64,000 nt of DNA from positions 1 through 64,000 of the IMG/VR virus record IMGVR_UViG_3300032007_000068, one strand, 5' to 3'. Of this stretch, positions 24,621 through 39,165 are shown piece by piece. Origin of the DNA: a virus. Taxonomy: Duplodnaviria; Caudoviricetes. Both the position numbers and the translations under genes were made by a program. The notes under the pieces were generated by a model. That model saw only the letters and a program-made list of their open reading frames with translations. It made no database searches and had not been told where the DNA came from. The number at the start of each line of letters is the position of its first letter. The stretch's first letter is position 1.

Positions 24621-27600
24621 ATGAATGAAGTACAAGAACAAATCTATCGTGCTGTTGATATATTAGGCGATGCATTAAAAGATACTTTACAGTATGACCG
24701 CACCTACCCAGCTACCGTAACAGAGATTGTAGACCCTCTCTTAGGGCAGTATAGAGTCAGGTATGAAAACTCTAATATACTAGCAAGGTCACGTAGCCTG
24801 AGTGATAAGTATCGTGTTAACGATGTCGTATTTGTCACTGAGCCAGCGGTGCATTGCGCTGACGTAGATACTAATTTTTATATAATTGGTAAAGTAAAGA
24901 ACTCTGCGTTGGACGCGGCAGATATTACAGCTTTATAGAATTATACTATTCCAGTTTCTACCAATTTATTGGAAGGTATTGTTCCAATTAATTATATAGA
25001 TGGGAATGAGACAAAACAATAGAATGGATTAATCGCCGGATGCGCGCCGTTGGCTCTTACCGCGGCGGTTACACCGCTTACTTGGGATGAGTCTTTTAAA
25101 ATAACACCTATTATTAAATTAGAAGCAGAGTTCCGCACGGAACTCTAGTCTGAGCATGCCGCGGGCAATTATGGTCTACGCTTGAAGTTTAATAATAATA
25201 AGACTTATACGCTAGACTTATCGTCCTTTAATGGCCGGCCCTATGAATTTAATGACTGGGCGCCGCAATCAGCGTTCTTCGTTGTAGAAAAAGATATGAA
25301 GCTTACTAAAGTAGAGTTCTTTTAGGAAGGTATGGCAGTAGACAAGGTCTAGGATGCCGCTACTTTGAGCTGGAAAGAAAATACCACGGTCCCCAATCTA
25401 TTTGTGCGGAATTTATCCCTTACTTTTGTTAATAAGAAAGATTTAACTCAAGAAGAGTATTATTTAGCTGTCTCAGCCCCGCAAGGTAGATATATAGATG
25501 AAAATAACTCTATTATCTTACAGGCTAGGTTATTAAACTATGGCGAAGAAGTTGCTCCTACTACTATTTAGTGGTATAAGAAGAATATCAATATAAAGAA
25601 TAGTGAAGATGCGGGCTATGATATTAATTTAGGTGCGATGTGGGAAGCTTTAGAAGGCGAAATTGATACCACTTTAGCATTGGCTTATGTGGAAAACATA
25701 GATAAGTATTAGACTTATAAAGTAAGAGTTACTTATAATGGAGCTGGGTATTTATCAGATGAAATTTCTGTATAGGCTTTCTCTACTAACGCGAATGATT
25801 TTGAAATTGAGCGGAGGATGGTAACAACTCAAGAAGAGCTATTTTTATCTCCTATGGGTGATGGTAAATGGGCTTCTTTGATTAATAATACATATACTAT
25901 ATTAAATAATGGCGAGACTACTAATTCTATTTAGCCCGTGGATTACGGTATGTATTATGCCTATGTTAGCGGTATCGGTATCAAGAGCTATAATTACTAG
26001 TCACGAAAAGTAGTGATGGGTGATGTATCTGGTGATGTAAGTGTTATTTGGAGCGGTTAGACTTCATATTTATATAATGCATATGGTATGGTCGATGATT
26101 ATACTATTACTGAAAAGGTGCGGCAGCTAACTGCTGCAATAAACTGGAATAAAGACAAACCAGCTAGTTATACTGTAGCTTGGGAGTATCCTACCGAAAA
26201 TACTCTGCTAACTAAAGTAGCGGCTATTACAGCAACGAACGCTGATACGGCTTCTATAAGTTATAATATTGCGTCAAGGTATAAAGAAAGTACGAATAAT
26301 AAACTTATTTTGCGTATAGTAACTGCGGGCGATATTTATACCTTTGAAAAAGAGATTTTATTTGCGCGAAACGGAGACCCCGGCACTAATGGTACCGGAT
26401 ATCTGGTTTATGTGCGGCCGCAAGATGAAGGATATCATTATCTAACTAATGATAATAGTATTATTTACGAGGTAACAGCTTATAAGAATGGTGAATTAAC
26501 CACACCGAGTCAATGCGTCTGGACCGGGCATAATGTTAAAGCTACGGAGAATGGAGCCATTTGTACAGTAGAAAAATTGCCGGTTACTGCGGAATCTAAA
26601 AATGAGACTTTGTATGATGCTAATGACGGTTGCTCTATTAAAGTTGCTGTGACTATTGATGGCTAGATAATTACTGCTTTTTGCCCAATTGATGTAGCTT
26701 TATCCAATGCCTCTATACCCAATGGGGTGGATTATTCTACTTTGCCTAGGTATGTGCAATACAATGCAGCGGGCTATAATCCTATTTGGGATAATTCTCC
26801 TATTGATGCAGATTTATCAAAACCAAACAATTTACTTACTATATCCAATGGTTAGATTGTTCCTATAAATACTTATAATTATAGTCGAGATGGGGCTAAA
26901 GTTGGCGCAGTAAATATAGATAATAAAGTTCGTCATTCTATTGTTTATTATCTCAATGTATATGGTAATGAAAATATTAATGGTTGGGATGGATAGGTTC
27001 TTATAGATAAAAAGAATAACTGTATCTATGCGGCTTAGGTTGGAGCCGGTTATAAAAATAATGATAATGAGTTTAGTGGTGTGGTAATGGGTAAAGCCGC
27101 GCTTCCTGGAGAGACCGGTGATGTACAAACTGGTTTATACGGTTTTAAGGATGGTGAAGCGAGATTCGGCTTTAGAGAAGATGGTACTGGTTTTATTGGA
27201 AAATCTGGAAGTAGAATTACATTAAATGAGGATGGGCAAGCTAATATTACTTTACCTGATACTGGTTATATTTCTTTTGACTCTGGGGGTTTTGCGACAA
27301 CTTCAAATTTAGATGCGTTGGCTTCAGATTTAGATGCGTTGGCCGAAGGCGAATATACCCCACCTAGTTCTACTTTTATTACTAAAAAGAAAATTCATAC
27401 TCCAGAAATCTATAGTGGGAAAATATATGGTGGCGAATTTTATGCCATAGATGGGGGCGATTCGCGTGCCATTATGAAACCAGACGGTTTCCGCGTACAG
27501 GTTTTGCAAGAAAATAGTAGCGGTGAAAAAGAAGTATGGTCTAAAATAAAAATAGGCGTCGCTAATAACGCAACCACTTGGAATGAGCCTTTTATTCGTA

Positions 27601-27929
27601 TAGGCACTGGTTACGGCTAGCAAGGTGCCGCAGTGATAAAAAAGACAACGAGTAGTTTATTAATGGGGTTCGCTAAGTATGATGATAGCGCACCTACTAA
27701 TTCGGGCGGGACTGGTTCAGACGTAAGTTCCACTAATCCTTGGGACAAAAATGAAAAATACACAAATACTTTACAAGCCGCAGAGGCGATTAGCGATAAT
27801 ACAATTGATAGTTCGGCATTTACTGGGTTACAATTAAAGAGTGGTACTGCTAATAAAATTGCGTTTTATATTAATGGGAATGAAGTGGCTGAAATTACTC
27901 CATAGGGTTTAACTGCGGTTTGGGGGTAA
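24621..27929 (+). CDS. Baseplate/tail-tip protein (~1102 aa, TAG=Gln)
   Basis: Track ORFs 24621, 25365, 26088, 27081 and 27633 are in frame; beta-rich; QVGAGYKN...FSGVVMG...GLYGFKDG..RFGFREDGTGFIG block typical of large tail proteins. Confidence 0.65.
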
Positions 27930-27938
27930 TAATAAATT

Positions 27939-28622
27939 ATGGCAACTTATTTTTCTGGACTAAAAATAACTTAGAAACAACCTTATTCTAATGATGGTGG
28001 TAATTTTACAGTTTCATTTACTGCTAAAGCCGATGGGTCTTGGAAATTTCTAGTTTAGTCGGTAAAAGCTAATTCAGAGGGAATATATAGTTGGTATCTT
28101 AAATATCCTCCTAAAGAAGATGATGATACTACTACTACTTCTGGAGAAACTTGTTCAGGAGATTTCTCTACTGATAAAGCTGGAGTAACATATAATGGCA
28201 AACTTGTTTTTACTACCACTGGGGGCGCCGTAGAAGAAGGAGCTATATCTTTTTATGTTGCCGTTCCTCGTCCTGCTACTTTTTCATGGGATACTGCGAC
28301 TATAGGAAAGGGAGAGACAATTAATATTGTTATCACACCAGGGGGAGAAAAAAAACTAGCTCCACTTACTGCGGAGGAATGGAATAAATATTGTGCCAAT
28401 GTTTAGGAAGTGGCAGAATATAAAGGGGTAACTCTTTCAAGTATGCCTACCGTATCTAGATATGCTACAATGGAAAAAGACACTATTAATAATATAATTA
28501 ATAAATTAAGAACCATACCAGATATTAATACTTCTAAAATACCGGCAATAGTAACTAAAGGTTAGCCTATTAAAGCTTCTACCTTTATCAGTTTGCGCGA
28601 TGCAATTAATAGTGTTCCTTAA
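27939..28622 (+). CDS. Hypothetical tail protein (227 aa, TAG=Gln)
   Basis: Continuous frame from ATG 27939 to TAA 28620-28622; missed by the track. Confidence 0.65.
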
Positions 28623-28624
28623 TA

Positions 28625-28653
28625 AGAGGGGGAGAGTTAATCTCTCCCCTTTT
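28625..28653 (+). terminator. Rho-independent terminator
   Basis: AGGGGGAGAG-TTAAT-CTCTCCCC-TTTT. Confidence 0.75.
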
Positions 28654-28732
28654 GGACTAATATGAATAATCTTTTTATAAGATTTTTTATATTATATAGA
28701 ACTTAAAATGAGTAAAAGGAGGTAATTTAAAG

Positions 28733-31700
28733 ATGCCTTTAGCATTAACGCAAATTAATTATACTGTAGACGACCGATGCTGTAGCGTTAGAGTAACAAA
28801 GGTAAAAGCGCCCGCTGGCATACCACGAGATTACTCTACAGTACCAACATATATGGTAGATCTAGAAGGGAAAGAAGTTTATACTGGACGTGCACCAGTA
28901 ACATATACTACTGCTCCAGGCACAAACAAAAGTGGCGGCGGCGGTGATGAACTAGCTATAATATAGGATGGCGAAGTTGTAGACAAAACCATAATAGAAC
29001 TAAATGATGGTGAAGAAAAAGAAGTCATTTTTTCTAATATAAATCCTAATGCTTCTATCACTTTCCGCTTAACCACTTGGGATAATGTAATAAAAGCAAT
29101 AAATTAGACACTGGCTTTACTTTAGCAAACTAATATTCCGGCTACTGCTCTTACACAAAAATTGGCTAATTATATCGTTACTTATAATAAGAATACTGGT
29201 CTGGTTAAATTTATAATAACTCCTAATTTAAATTCTAACTGTAATTGGTTCCGTTTCCATCTAAGAAAAACTTCCGATAATACCAGTGATTTATTAAAAA
29301 ATAGTGCGGTCGCCGATTCTTCTGGTCAAGTGTGGAAACAATCAAAAAATGGCGAAAAAGTTGAGTTCGAATTTACAATATCTAATCCGAACAATTCAGA
29401 TCAATTTTATGCGGCTAATGTATATTAGTCAGAAACAAAAGGTTACAAATAGGGAATTAATGCCGGCTTTTTGGGAGCGTATTACTTCCCCCGTAGTGCT
29501 AGCGATGATAGTATTACAACCAACTTACCTGGTAGGACCGAACCAGAAGATTTAACTACTGCTAAGTTTGTAGCTTCTGTATCTAGAATAAAAGAAAAAA
29601 ACTCTACAAATTATACGGATAATTTTAATATTGACATAGCACCTCTGGATAGTAATAGTCACAGTTATCAAATTACAATTAAAGATAAAACAAATAATGT
29701 AACACTATAGAATAGAGGGACCGCAACATCTTATACGCGTGAACTTCTTGGTGAAAATGATAAATCTATTATTCATCAAAATACCTATTATCTTGTTACG
29801 GTAACAGACAATGGCGTTTCATTAGGCACTTAGGAAATAATGGCGCCAGGAGTGGAGCTTAAGCTGGGCAGCTTTATCGTTCCAAAAGAAACTGTCTATT
29901 CTACTGGATTTTCTGTTGAAATAGCACCTTATTCAGAGGATAACGAAACTTCTGATTGTCCGTGGTATTATATTGTGGTAGAGAAAGAAAATGATGATGT
30001 GGGGCTTTATACTAAAAAAGCCTGGGTTTCTTTGCCTTTTAATATAAATAATGAAGATAAAAAAATATATAATTACAACTCTACAATTAAAGTATTCTTT
30101 AACCACTTGGCTGCCGAAACTAAATATTATATCTCTGTTTACCAATCAGAAAAACCAAATATAGTTTATGGACTTCATGCTGGGCAATTAGAACCAGATT
30201 CAGAAGATACCTCGTCTGTCGTTATACCAAATAGTGGTAAACCTTATATTAATACGCCAAGCGTGTTAAGCCGTGGAGCAGAAGCAATAGCTGGATATCC
30301 TCTTATATTAGACTCCACTTCCCCCGTACATACTATTAAGGATAATTTAGATTTAACTTATCATTTATCCGCGGGGACTAGTGATGAAGATGTCTAGCAT
30401 TTAGAAATTAAGGTTATGCGGCTTTCAAATAATAAATTACTGGGTAATAGCCCAGATGGTATTATTTATAAAGAAGTTAAATAGGACGAGTTAGGCGCCG
30501 TTACTATTTCTGCGGAAAAAGATTTAATTACTTAGGCTTGGGAACCTGGAGCTTTATATAAAATACAAATACGCTATGGGAGTGTGCCTTTAGAAGAAAT
30601 TTTAGGGAAACCTTGGGTTTATGATGCGGAATAGGTTAAGGCTTGGCGTGATAATAATTTACTATCTGAATGGTCTAATGTTCTGGTAGTAAAATACATT
30701 ACTGGGTTTAACGCAGTTATTTAGGAATTTGCGGAGGAAGATAGTGCCTCTGCTTTGCACGTTTTATCCCAATATACTCCTACTTTTACTGGCATAGTCA
30801 CCCCTCTGAGCGCCGCAGATAAAGAACCAGTCACTCAATGTAAATTTGATTTATATGATGATAATGATAATTTACTTGAGACTTCTGACTGGATAGTTGG
30901 TAATGGCAATGACCCATATAGATTTAGTTACTTGTTTGAAGATTATACTATATATCAAATATAGTATTCATATAGAACTTTAAATGGTTTTGAGGGTTCT
31001 TCTGCTAAAAACTCTTTTGAAATCATTATTAATGAATTAGAAGAATAGTTAGAAGGAGTAAGCCTTATCGCCACTTCTAAAGAAGAAGAATTTAATCGAG
31101 AAAGTGGAACTATTAGGTTATATTTAAATGGAGAAACTGACTTTACTGGTAGTTATGTATTAAGCAGAGCTAGCGAGGAAGATAACTTTCGCAGATATAC
31201 TGATTTATAGGTTTATAATTGGTATCAATAGAAAAAAGTAGAAGAATTGATCTTTACCGATTATACAGTTGAGAGCGGAGTTTTATATAGATATGCTTTC
31301 TAGAAGCTAGATGAAAGCGGCCTCCGCACCAGTTCAATCTTTTCTGACCTTGTAGAGATTAATTTAGAATATGCTTATTTGTATCGAGATGGGATACAAC
31401 TAAAGCTTGAACTTGATAATAAGATGAATAGCTTTAAACATACAGTATAGCGCACTAAACAAGATACTTTAGGTGGCCGCTATCCTAAATTCTTAGCTAA
31501 TGGATATACTTACTATGCGGAGTTCCCTGTAACGGGATTAATTAGCTTTTAGGCAGATGAACAACAGACTTTCATCTCCCAAAAGCCAGATGGTATTTAT
31601 GCTGGTACTAAATTAATCGCTCCGGCCCGCAAGTTTGAACAGCCCTGGCTCGAACAAAGAGTTTTAGATAACATTGTTGTTGAAACTGATGATAATCGTT

Positions 31701-32647
31701 TTGCTATTGATTATAGCTTAGGACACAATAATTACTTCGTTGAGCGTAGATTTAGAGAGGCTGTAGAAAGTTGGCTTAATGATTTTAATTATAAGCTTTT
31801 CCGTTCTCGTAGCGAAGGCAATATTCCAGTTATGTTAATGAATCTTTCAATGACACCTAATGAAACTTTAGGACGTTTGATATATAGTTTTACTGCTACT
31901 GCTTATGAAGCATTTGAGTCTGCTTTAGAAAATTACTTTACTTATGGTATTTAGACCAAAGATGAGGCCATTTCTCTTCCCGAGTTAGCTGGAACAATGG
32001 AAGGTTTTGGACAATATATAGTGACTGAAGTCGGTGAAGATGTTTATTCAGCTATTAGTAAAGCCATCGCAAAAACTAAGGTTTTAGATGGTAAATATAA
32101 AGAAAGTTTAACTGGTTTAACTTATTTATCAATAGAACAGGCTGCGGATGCCAGAGGGCCATATTCTATTATTGTGAATGGTACTACAATTACCTAGCCG
32201 GAGGGCCGAAAGTATGTGGTAACAGAAAAAGTAACTTCTTTAATAGCTAATACAGCGGGATTAATTATTAATTATAAATGCGAGAAAGAATTAGTTTTAA
32301 CGGAAGAAGCTAAAGTTATAGATAGCATGATTACGACGGTCCAATTTGGTCAAATAATATTAAACAATTCTATCTCTGATATAGTAGAATTAATTAAAGA
32401 ACAAATAAACAAAGATTCAGGGTTAGAAAAAGAAGAGCTTGGCCGCATCACCTATCTAGCTATTACCGATACGGACCCAACCGCGCACATTACTATTAAT
32501 GGTGCTGAAACTTATATAGTGGGAGAAACGTGTTAGTTTATTTTAGATAATCCGCCTATTACTATTACTTCTCTTGCTATTGACAAACCCGCAATTATTA
32601 ACTTTAAGGTTACAAAGATAACTACTAAATATTAGAAAGTGGGGTAA
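28733..32647 (+). CDS. Large tail/baseplate protein with Ig/FN3-like beta domains (~1304 aa, TAG=Gln)
   Basis: Track ORFs 28733, 29162, 29471, 29840, 30755, 31997 and 32216 are all in frame; DYTVESGVLYRY and TLGGRYP...Y.EFPVTGLIS blocks. Confidence 0.65.
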
Positions 32648-32651
32648 TTTA

Positions 32652-34832
32652 ATGAATTATTTAGATGATATAGAGTTTCTTGAACGAGTTGATTTAGTAC
32701 CTCGTCGAGTACAATATGCTAAAATTACTCTACTTGCTTTTGATACTGAACTGCCTATTAAAACAATAGAAGGATAGATTACTTCTGGTAATTTATCTGT
32801 CAATGGTGCTTCCGCAGTGCGGCGGACTCTTACCTTATCTGAAATAGCTAGTGTGGAAAATTCAGATATTGAAAATTTAGAAAATGAAATTTCTTTAAAA
32901 CGCAAAGTTAAAGTTGAAATTGGATATGAAAACCCCTTCGCCAACGAAGGGGTTTATCCAGATAAGATTTTATGGTTTCCTTGCGGAGACTTTGTACTCT
33001 CTTCCGCCAGCTTGTCCCGTTCTACCTCTGGCTTCAATATTAGTATTAGCGGTAAAGATAAAATGTGTTTATTAGATGGAACTGCGGGAGGTGTGATACC
33101 TAGCTAGACTGCTTTTCACGAGCGAGCAATCTAGGTTAATGATAAATTGACCAAATATGAGTCACCAACTATCCATTAGATTATATATGAAGCTGTTAAT
33201 CACTGGGGTGGTATTCCTGCGGACAAAATAGTAATTAGTGATATTGATGAAGAGGTGCGGATGCTAGTCAAATACATCGGCAGCGATCCTATTTACTTTA
33301 ATGATGAATTTACTGCTTTTTCTAGGCAGCAAGGCGATTCTTATAAGAATGTAGTGGTAAAAGGAGAAGACGTGGGTTATAAAATGACTCCTTTTACTTA
33401 TCCCGGCGAGCTCATACTCAAAGCGGGAGATACAGTAGTTACTTTATTAGACAATATCGTTAAAGTTTTAGGCAATTTTGAATATTTCTTTGATGTCCAC
33501 GGGAACTTTATTTTTAGAAAAATTCGCAATTATTTGAATACAGCTTCTCCTTTAGAGGAATTAAAAAAGGCTATAGCCCCTGAGGAAATTGAAGAAGATG
33601 CTGAGGAAATTGAAGAAGATGCTGAGGAAATTGAAGAAGATGCTGAGGTTTGTTATATAAAAGATTATAATAACGAAAAATATTTATATGATTTAACTTC
33701 TCTTGATAATACTACTTAGATTACTTCAACTCCTAAATATGATAATATAAAGAATGATTATTATGTTTGGGGACAAAGACAAAATCCATCTGGAGCCAAA
33801 GTAGATATTTGTTATCATCTAATTATAGATAAACGTCCTGAGAGAAATTACTTCGATAAGGATATATGCGGGGTAGTGAGTACTGCTGGCACTTTTGTTA
33901 CATACACCGATGGTTTAAAGCTACTGCGGGAAGGCGATTTGGGTGATAGTACTTCTGTGGTGACAAATGGGCCGCTAGAACTTGAGATTTCTAATATTAC
34001 CAAAATGCCATAGATTAATGAGTTATTCGCTTATCAAGCCAGCTCCGACGATAAAGATGAAAACGTCTATAAAATTACTTCTATAGAAGAGGGGCAGAGT
34101 AAATGCAAAGCCAAGCTTATTCCAACCTTTTGTAGGGCTCCCGCCATGAAGGACCAGCGCTTCGAGTGGAGGGAAGAGCTATATCGCCGCGCCTTACTCG
34201 CGCAATCCAATCCTTTAATTCTGGAAGACAACTATTATAGTTCTGAAATGCTGCGTTTTTGGCGCGAATTATATGACCCCCTTAAGTGGGGTTTGGAGAA
34301 TCCATGGAACCCAATCGTAACGACCGCTAACAAGCGCAGATGGAATGAATTAAATTATTGGATAGATATGATAGATACTTCTTCTGCTCTTGGTAATTAT
34401 TCTATTAATTCAATAGGTCGTCGGACAAAAGTGGTTAATAATACTTCGCTAAATTCCATATTTAATAAGGAAGTGAATGATACTATTTTTATTCCAAGCG
34501 ACATAAGCGAGGAAGAAAGAAATAGATTGATTAAATTAGTACCTAATTACTTCTTCTTGAATAAAGCTAATTAGGATTTATTCACTATCAGTTCTACTGG
34601 CGCTAGCTGTTTTGATGAAATGCGGAATGCTTTATATCAATATTTAACTTATAATACTTAGATACAAATTACTTGTTTGCCTAAGTATTATTTAGAACCC
34701 AATAATATTATCCATATAGAAGATATACAAAGCCATATTTCTGGTAATTACCAAATTACACAATTTAACTTGCCTCTAGCTTATAATGGCACAATGTCCA
34801 TTACTGCTACAGAGGTTGTAGCAAGAGTATAA
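32652..34832 (+). CDS. Tail hub/baseplate protein (~726 aa, TAG=Gln)
   Basis: Track ORFs 32817, 33255 and 34146 are in frame; hub-like ISGKDKMCLLDG and LGNFEYFFDVHGNFIFRKI. Confidence 0.65.
33582..33647 (+). repeat. Perfect 21-nt tandem repeat x3 (EEIEEDA)
   Basis: GAGGAAATTGAAGAAGATGCT repeated three times, plus GAG. Confidence 0.95.
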
Positions 34833-34849
34833 GAAAGGAGGAAGGAATA

Positions 34850-35109
34850 ATGGCAATAAAATAGACTTATATTTCCGATCAATCAAGCATACCTACAACC
34901 AATTTAATCACAGGAACCGCCACTAAAATAGGTATTTAGGCTTCTGCCGGTTCTAGTTTTCTATTAGATACATAGGAAATTAAAATTGGGCGTTCTGGGA
35001 TTTATGAAATAGAAGGCGTAGAGATAAAGGAAGTTAAATATCAAACAAGCGGTTCTCCCTTTATGCCTATTATTATAGATTATATTACAGAAGATGGGGT
35101 GACTAGTAT

Positions 35110-35113
<4 letters not shown>
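34850..35113 (+). CDS. Small hypothetical tail protein (87 aa, TAG=Gln)
   Basis: RBS AGGAGG; KIGI[Q]ASAGS..IKIGRSGIYEI; ends at TGA overlapping the next ATG. Confidence 0.7.
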
Positions 35114-36084
<971 letters not shown>

Positions 36085-36087
36085 TGA

Positions 36088-36519
36088 ATGGCTTTATTAA
36101 AAGGCTATGAGGGTAATAAAGCTACTCTCGATGAAAATGCTACTACCCACGATGGGTATGTATATTTTGTTCACGAAACTGGCAAAACCAAGGGTAAGCT
36201 CTATACAGATGTAGGGGATACTCGTATGGAAATTGCGGCCGGCGCTATCGTAGATGACGCTGGCGTAGAAAGGAAAACAACCCGATATACCACCACTTTA
36301 GCTGCCGTGAATTGGTCTAATGGCACATATACTTATTCTAATACTAATTTAAAATGTGGAGACGGAACCATTCCCCCTATCATATCTTGCGTGAGTAATT
36401 AGAATGAATATAACTATATCACTTCTGCGACTGCGACCGCTGGTACTGGAATTACCTTTATGACTTTTCCAGTTCCTTCGAGCGATATAGAGATTGCCAT
36501 TCTTGATTTCGGCTATTGA
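36088..36519 (+). CDS. Hypothetical tail-fibre-associated protein (143 aa)
   Basis: Track ORF extended through TAG 36400 to TGA 36517-36519. Confidence 0.65.
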
Positions 36520-36649
36520 TTTTTGGGTCAAAAAGATTAATTTATCTTTTTAATTTTTTAAATAATATGACGAGGTAAGATACCAAATCTGTAATAGGGA
36601 GAGGTATATGCCTTTCCCTATTTTTTCTTACCTAGAAAGGAGATTGTTT

Positions 36650-37975
36650 ATGCCAATAAATGCAATTTTATCTGGTCAGAAAAATGCGGAAACGCTTTTT
36701 CCAGACTTTGATAAAATGACTCCAGTAAAAACCTTAACTTTTAATGTATCTTCCACTTCGACTTATGAGATAGGCCGCAGAAATAATTCTGGACTTGCCT
36801 CTGCCGCCGATTTTGATGAAACGATTTTAATGCGTATTACGGTTACTGGTTCTAATATAGACCAAACTACTGATTTAATTATAAAAGGAAGCAAAGCTCT
36901 TTCCAATCCTATGGTTTATGCCTATACTAGAACGGCTAGCACGGCGAGCACAGCAACAGGAATTAAGTATTTATATTTTAGATATCCTTACGCTTTAAAC
37001 AGCGGCAAGGATTGGCTCATTGATTTTGCGTGTAATGATAGTGCTGCGAGAGTTGTTACAGTAGAACTTTTTATGAATGATGCGGCCTGGGCCTGGAAAG
37101 AAAGCTTAGCTGCTAGTTCTTATAGTTCTAGCGATTAGAGCTCTGCAACTTTAACAGTTTATACTTATAGAGGATTAATTGCGCTTGGTACTCAAAATAT
37201 TGTGGTTAGTAATGCTACAAATGCTGGTTATTTTACTTCTGCACAACCGGTTTTCGCGAGCGCAAATATGCCAGTATTGGGAGAAGCAGCGACAGACGTT
37301 TCTTTATTATATTTAAGTAATAATAATAAGCTTTATAGAGTATCTAATAAAACTAAACCTATTAATCCCGAAGCTGGAATATTTTTATTATCGACCGCTG
37401 TTGCTTCTGGCAGCGCTCCTAATTACAAAGATTTAAGACAAAAAACCGCTTGGACTACTTTAAATGGAGATTCTCCTACAAGTTTTAATGTTTTTGTCAA
37501 AGGAAGCCCTTTATATTTACGTTGTACCTTAGACACTAATAATAATATTTTATCAGATGCTTATATAGATACCGCAATGCGAGCTGGATATACGTGGTGC
37601 TATATTGGGGTAGGTTCTAGTGCTAGTTCAATAAGTTTAGACACTAGCCATTGTATTTTCTTGACTTTAGATGAGGATGGAAAATTAACCCACATTAATG
37701 GTAAAGAAATTGCGACAAGCGGCATTGAAGAGGGCCTCCCCACACTATCTAGCGCAGGAGTTTATTCTGCTATTGGTAGTAGTGTTACTACGGTAAGACC
37801 TATTGATAGTACTCCTACTTCTGGTAGTACTAACCCAGTATCTAGCGGTGGAGTTTATACTGCGCTTTAGAATATTCCTACCGTAGATGCTACACCTACC
37901 GCTAATAGTACGAACGCAGTATCAAGTGGTGGTGTATATGCTGCTATTATAGGTGCTATAGAGGGGAGCTATTAA
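36650..37975 (+). CDS. Tail fibre/receptor-binding protein (441 aa, TAG=Gln)
   Basis: RBS AAAGGAG before ATG 36650; joins track ORFs 36608 and 37202; S/T-rich C-terminus with two D.TPT..STN.VSSGGVY repeats. Confidence 0.6.
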
Positions 37976-37977
37976 TT

Positions 37978-39165
37978 ATGGCTAATCATAGTTCTTTAAC
38001 TGATTTATTCACTGATATTGCTAGCGCTATACGTGCTAAAACTGGTGATAGCGGTGCTATAGTAGCTGATGCCTTTCCGTCTGCTATTGCTGCGATACCC
38101 AGTGGTGGTGGCGGCAATACGGATGCGGAAGATGGAATGATTACACGAACTCTTAGTGGTTCTTATGAAAATTCTAGAATTACTGCAATAGGCAATTATG
38201 CTTTTTTTCTTTGTTCTTAGCTGGCTAGCGTATCTTTTCCAAATGTGAAGAGTATAGGCAGTTACGCTTTTTCTGGCTGTTCAAACTTAACTTCTGTGTC
38301 TTTCCCGCAAGCTACCAGTATTGGCAATTACGCTTTTTCTGGCTGTTCAAACTTAACTTCTGTGTCTTTCCCGCAAGCTATCAGTATAGGCAGTTACACT
38401 TTTTCTGGCTGTTCTAAATTATCTTCTGTCTTTTTCCCGCAAGCTACCAGTGTTGGCAATTATGCTTTTTCTGGCTGTTCAAACTTAACTTCTGTGTCTT
38501 TTCCGCAAGCTACCAGTATAGGCAGTTACGCTTTTTCTGACTGTTCTAAATTATCTTCTGTCTTTTTCCCTTTAACGACTTCGATAGCAGGTAATGCTTT
38601 CGGTAATTGTATCAGTTTAGTTACAGCTAGCTTTCCTGCGATAACTCATATTGGCTCTTGGGCTTTTTATAGTTGTAGCCGGCTGACAAATATAAGCTTT
38701 TCTTCAGTAAAGGTTATCAGCAATTACGCTTTTGCTGGTTGCAGTGCATTAGTTTCGGCTATTTTCCCAGCAGCGGCTAGCATAGGTGGTTCCGCTTTTA
38801 GTAACTGTAGAGTACTATCTGACACCAGTTTTCCTTTAGTTCGCTATCTAGGGGTGGGGGCTTTTTTAAGTTGTATCCAATTATCTACTATTAGTTTGCC
38901 AAACGTGTCTATCATTTATTCATATACTTTTAGTAACTGTACCCAATTAATGGAGCTGCATTTAATGAGTACTAGTGTTACCCGCTTGGCTATTTCTAAT
39001 GCTCTTAATTCTACTCCCATAGCAGGATATAGTACTATTACTGGTCAATATGGTAGTATATATGTGCCATCTTCTTTATATTCTGCTTATATTATATCTA
39101 CTAACTGGACTTATTATAGTTCACGTTTTGTTTCTGTAGATACTGGTTTTGATAATGATATATAA
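37978..39165 (+). CDS. BspA-like leucine-rich repeat (LRR_5-type) protein (395 aa, one TAG)
   Basis: About 12 copies of the 22-aa unit SIGxYAFxxCxxLxSVSFPxA; N-terminal LFTDIASAIRAKTG leader typical of fibre-associated proteins. Confidence 0.88.
38245..38574 (+). repeat. Five near-identical 66-nt LRR-coding units
   Basis: Units are nearly identical at DNA level (e.g. GCTTTTTCTGGCTGTTCAAACTTAACTTCTGTGTCTTTCCCGCAAGCT); downstream units are diverged. Confidence 0.9.

Noticed and set aside
37978-39165. Possible diversity-generating retroelement acting on the LRR repeats
   Set aside because: No reverse transcriptase in the window, and unit differences are not restricted to adenines.
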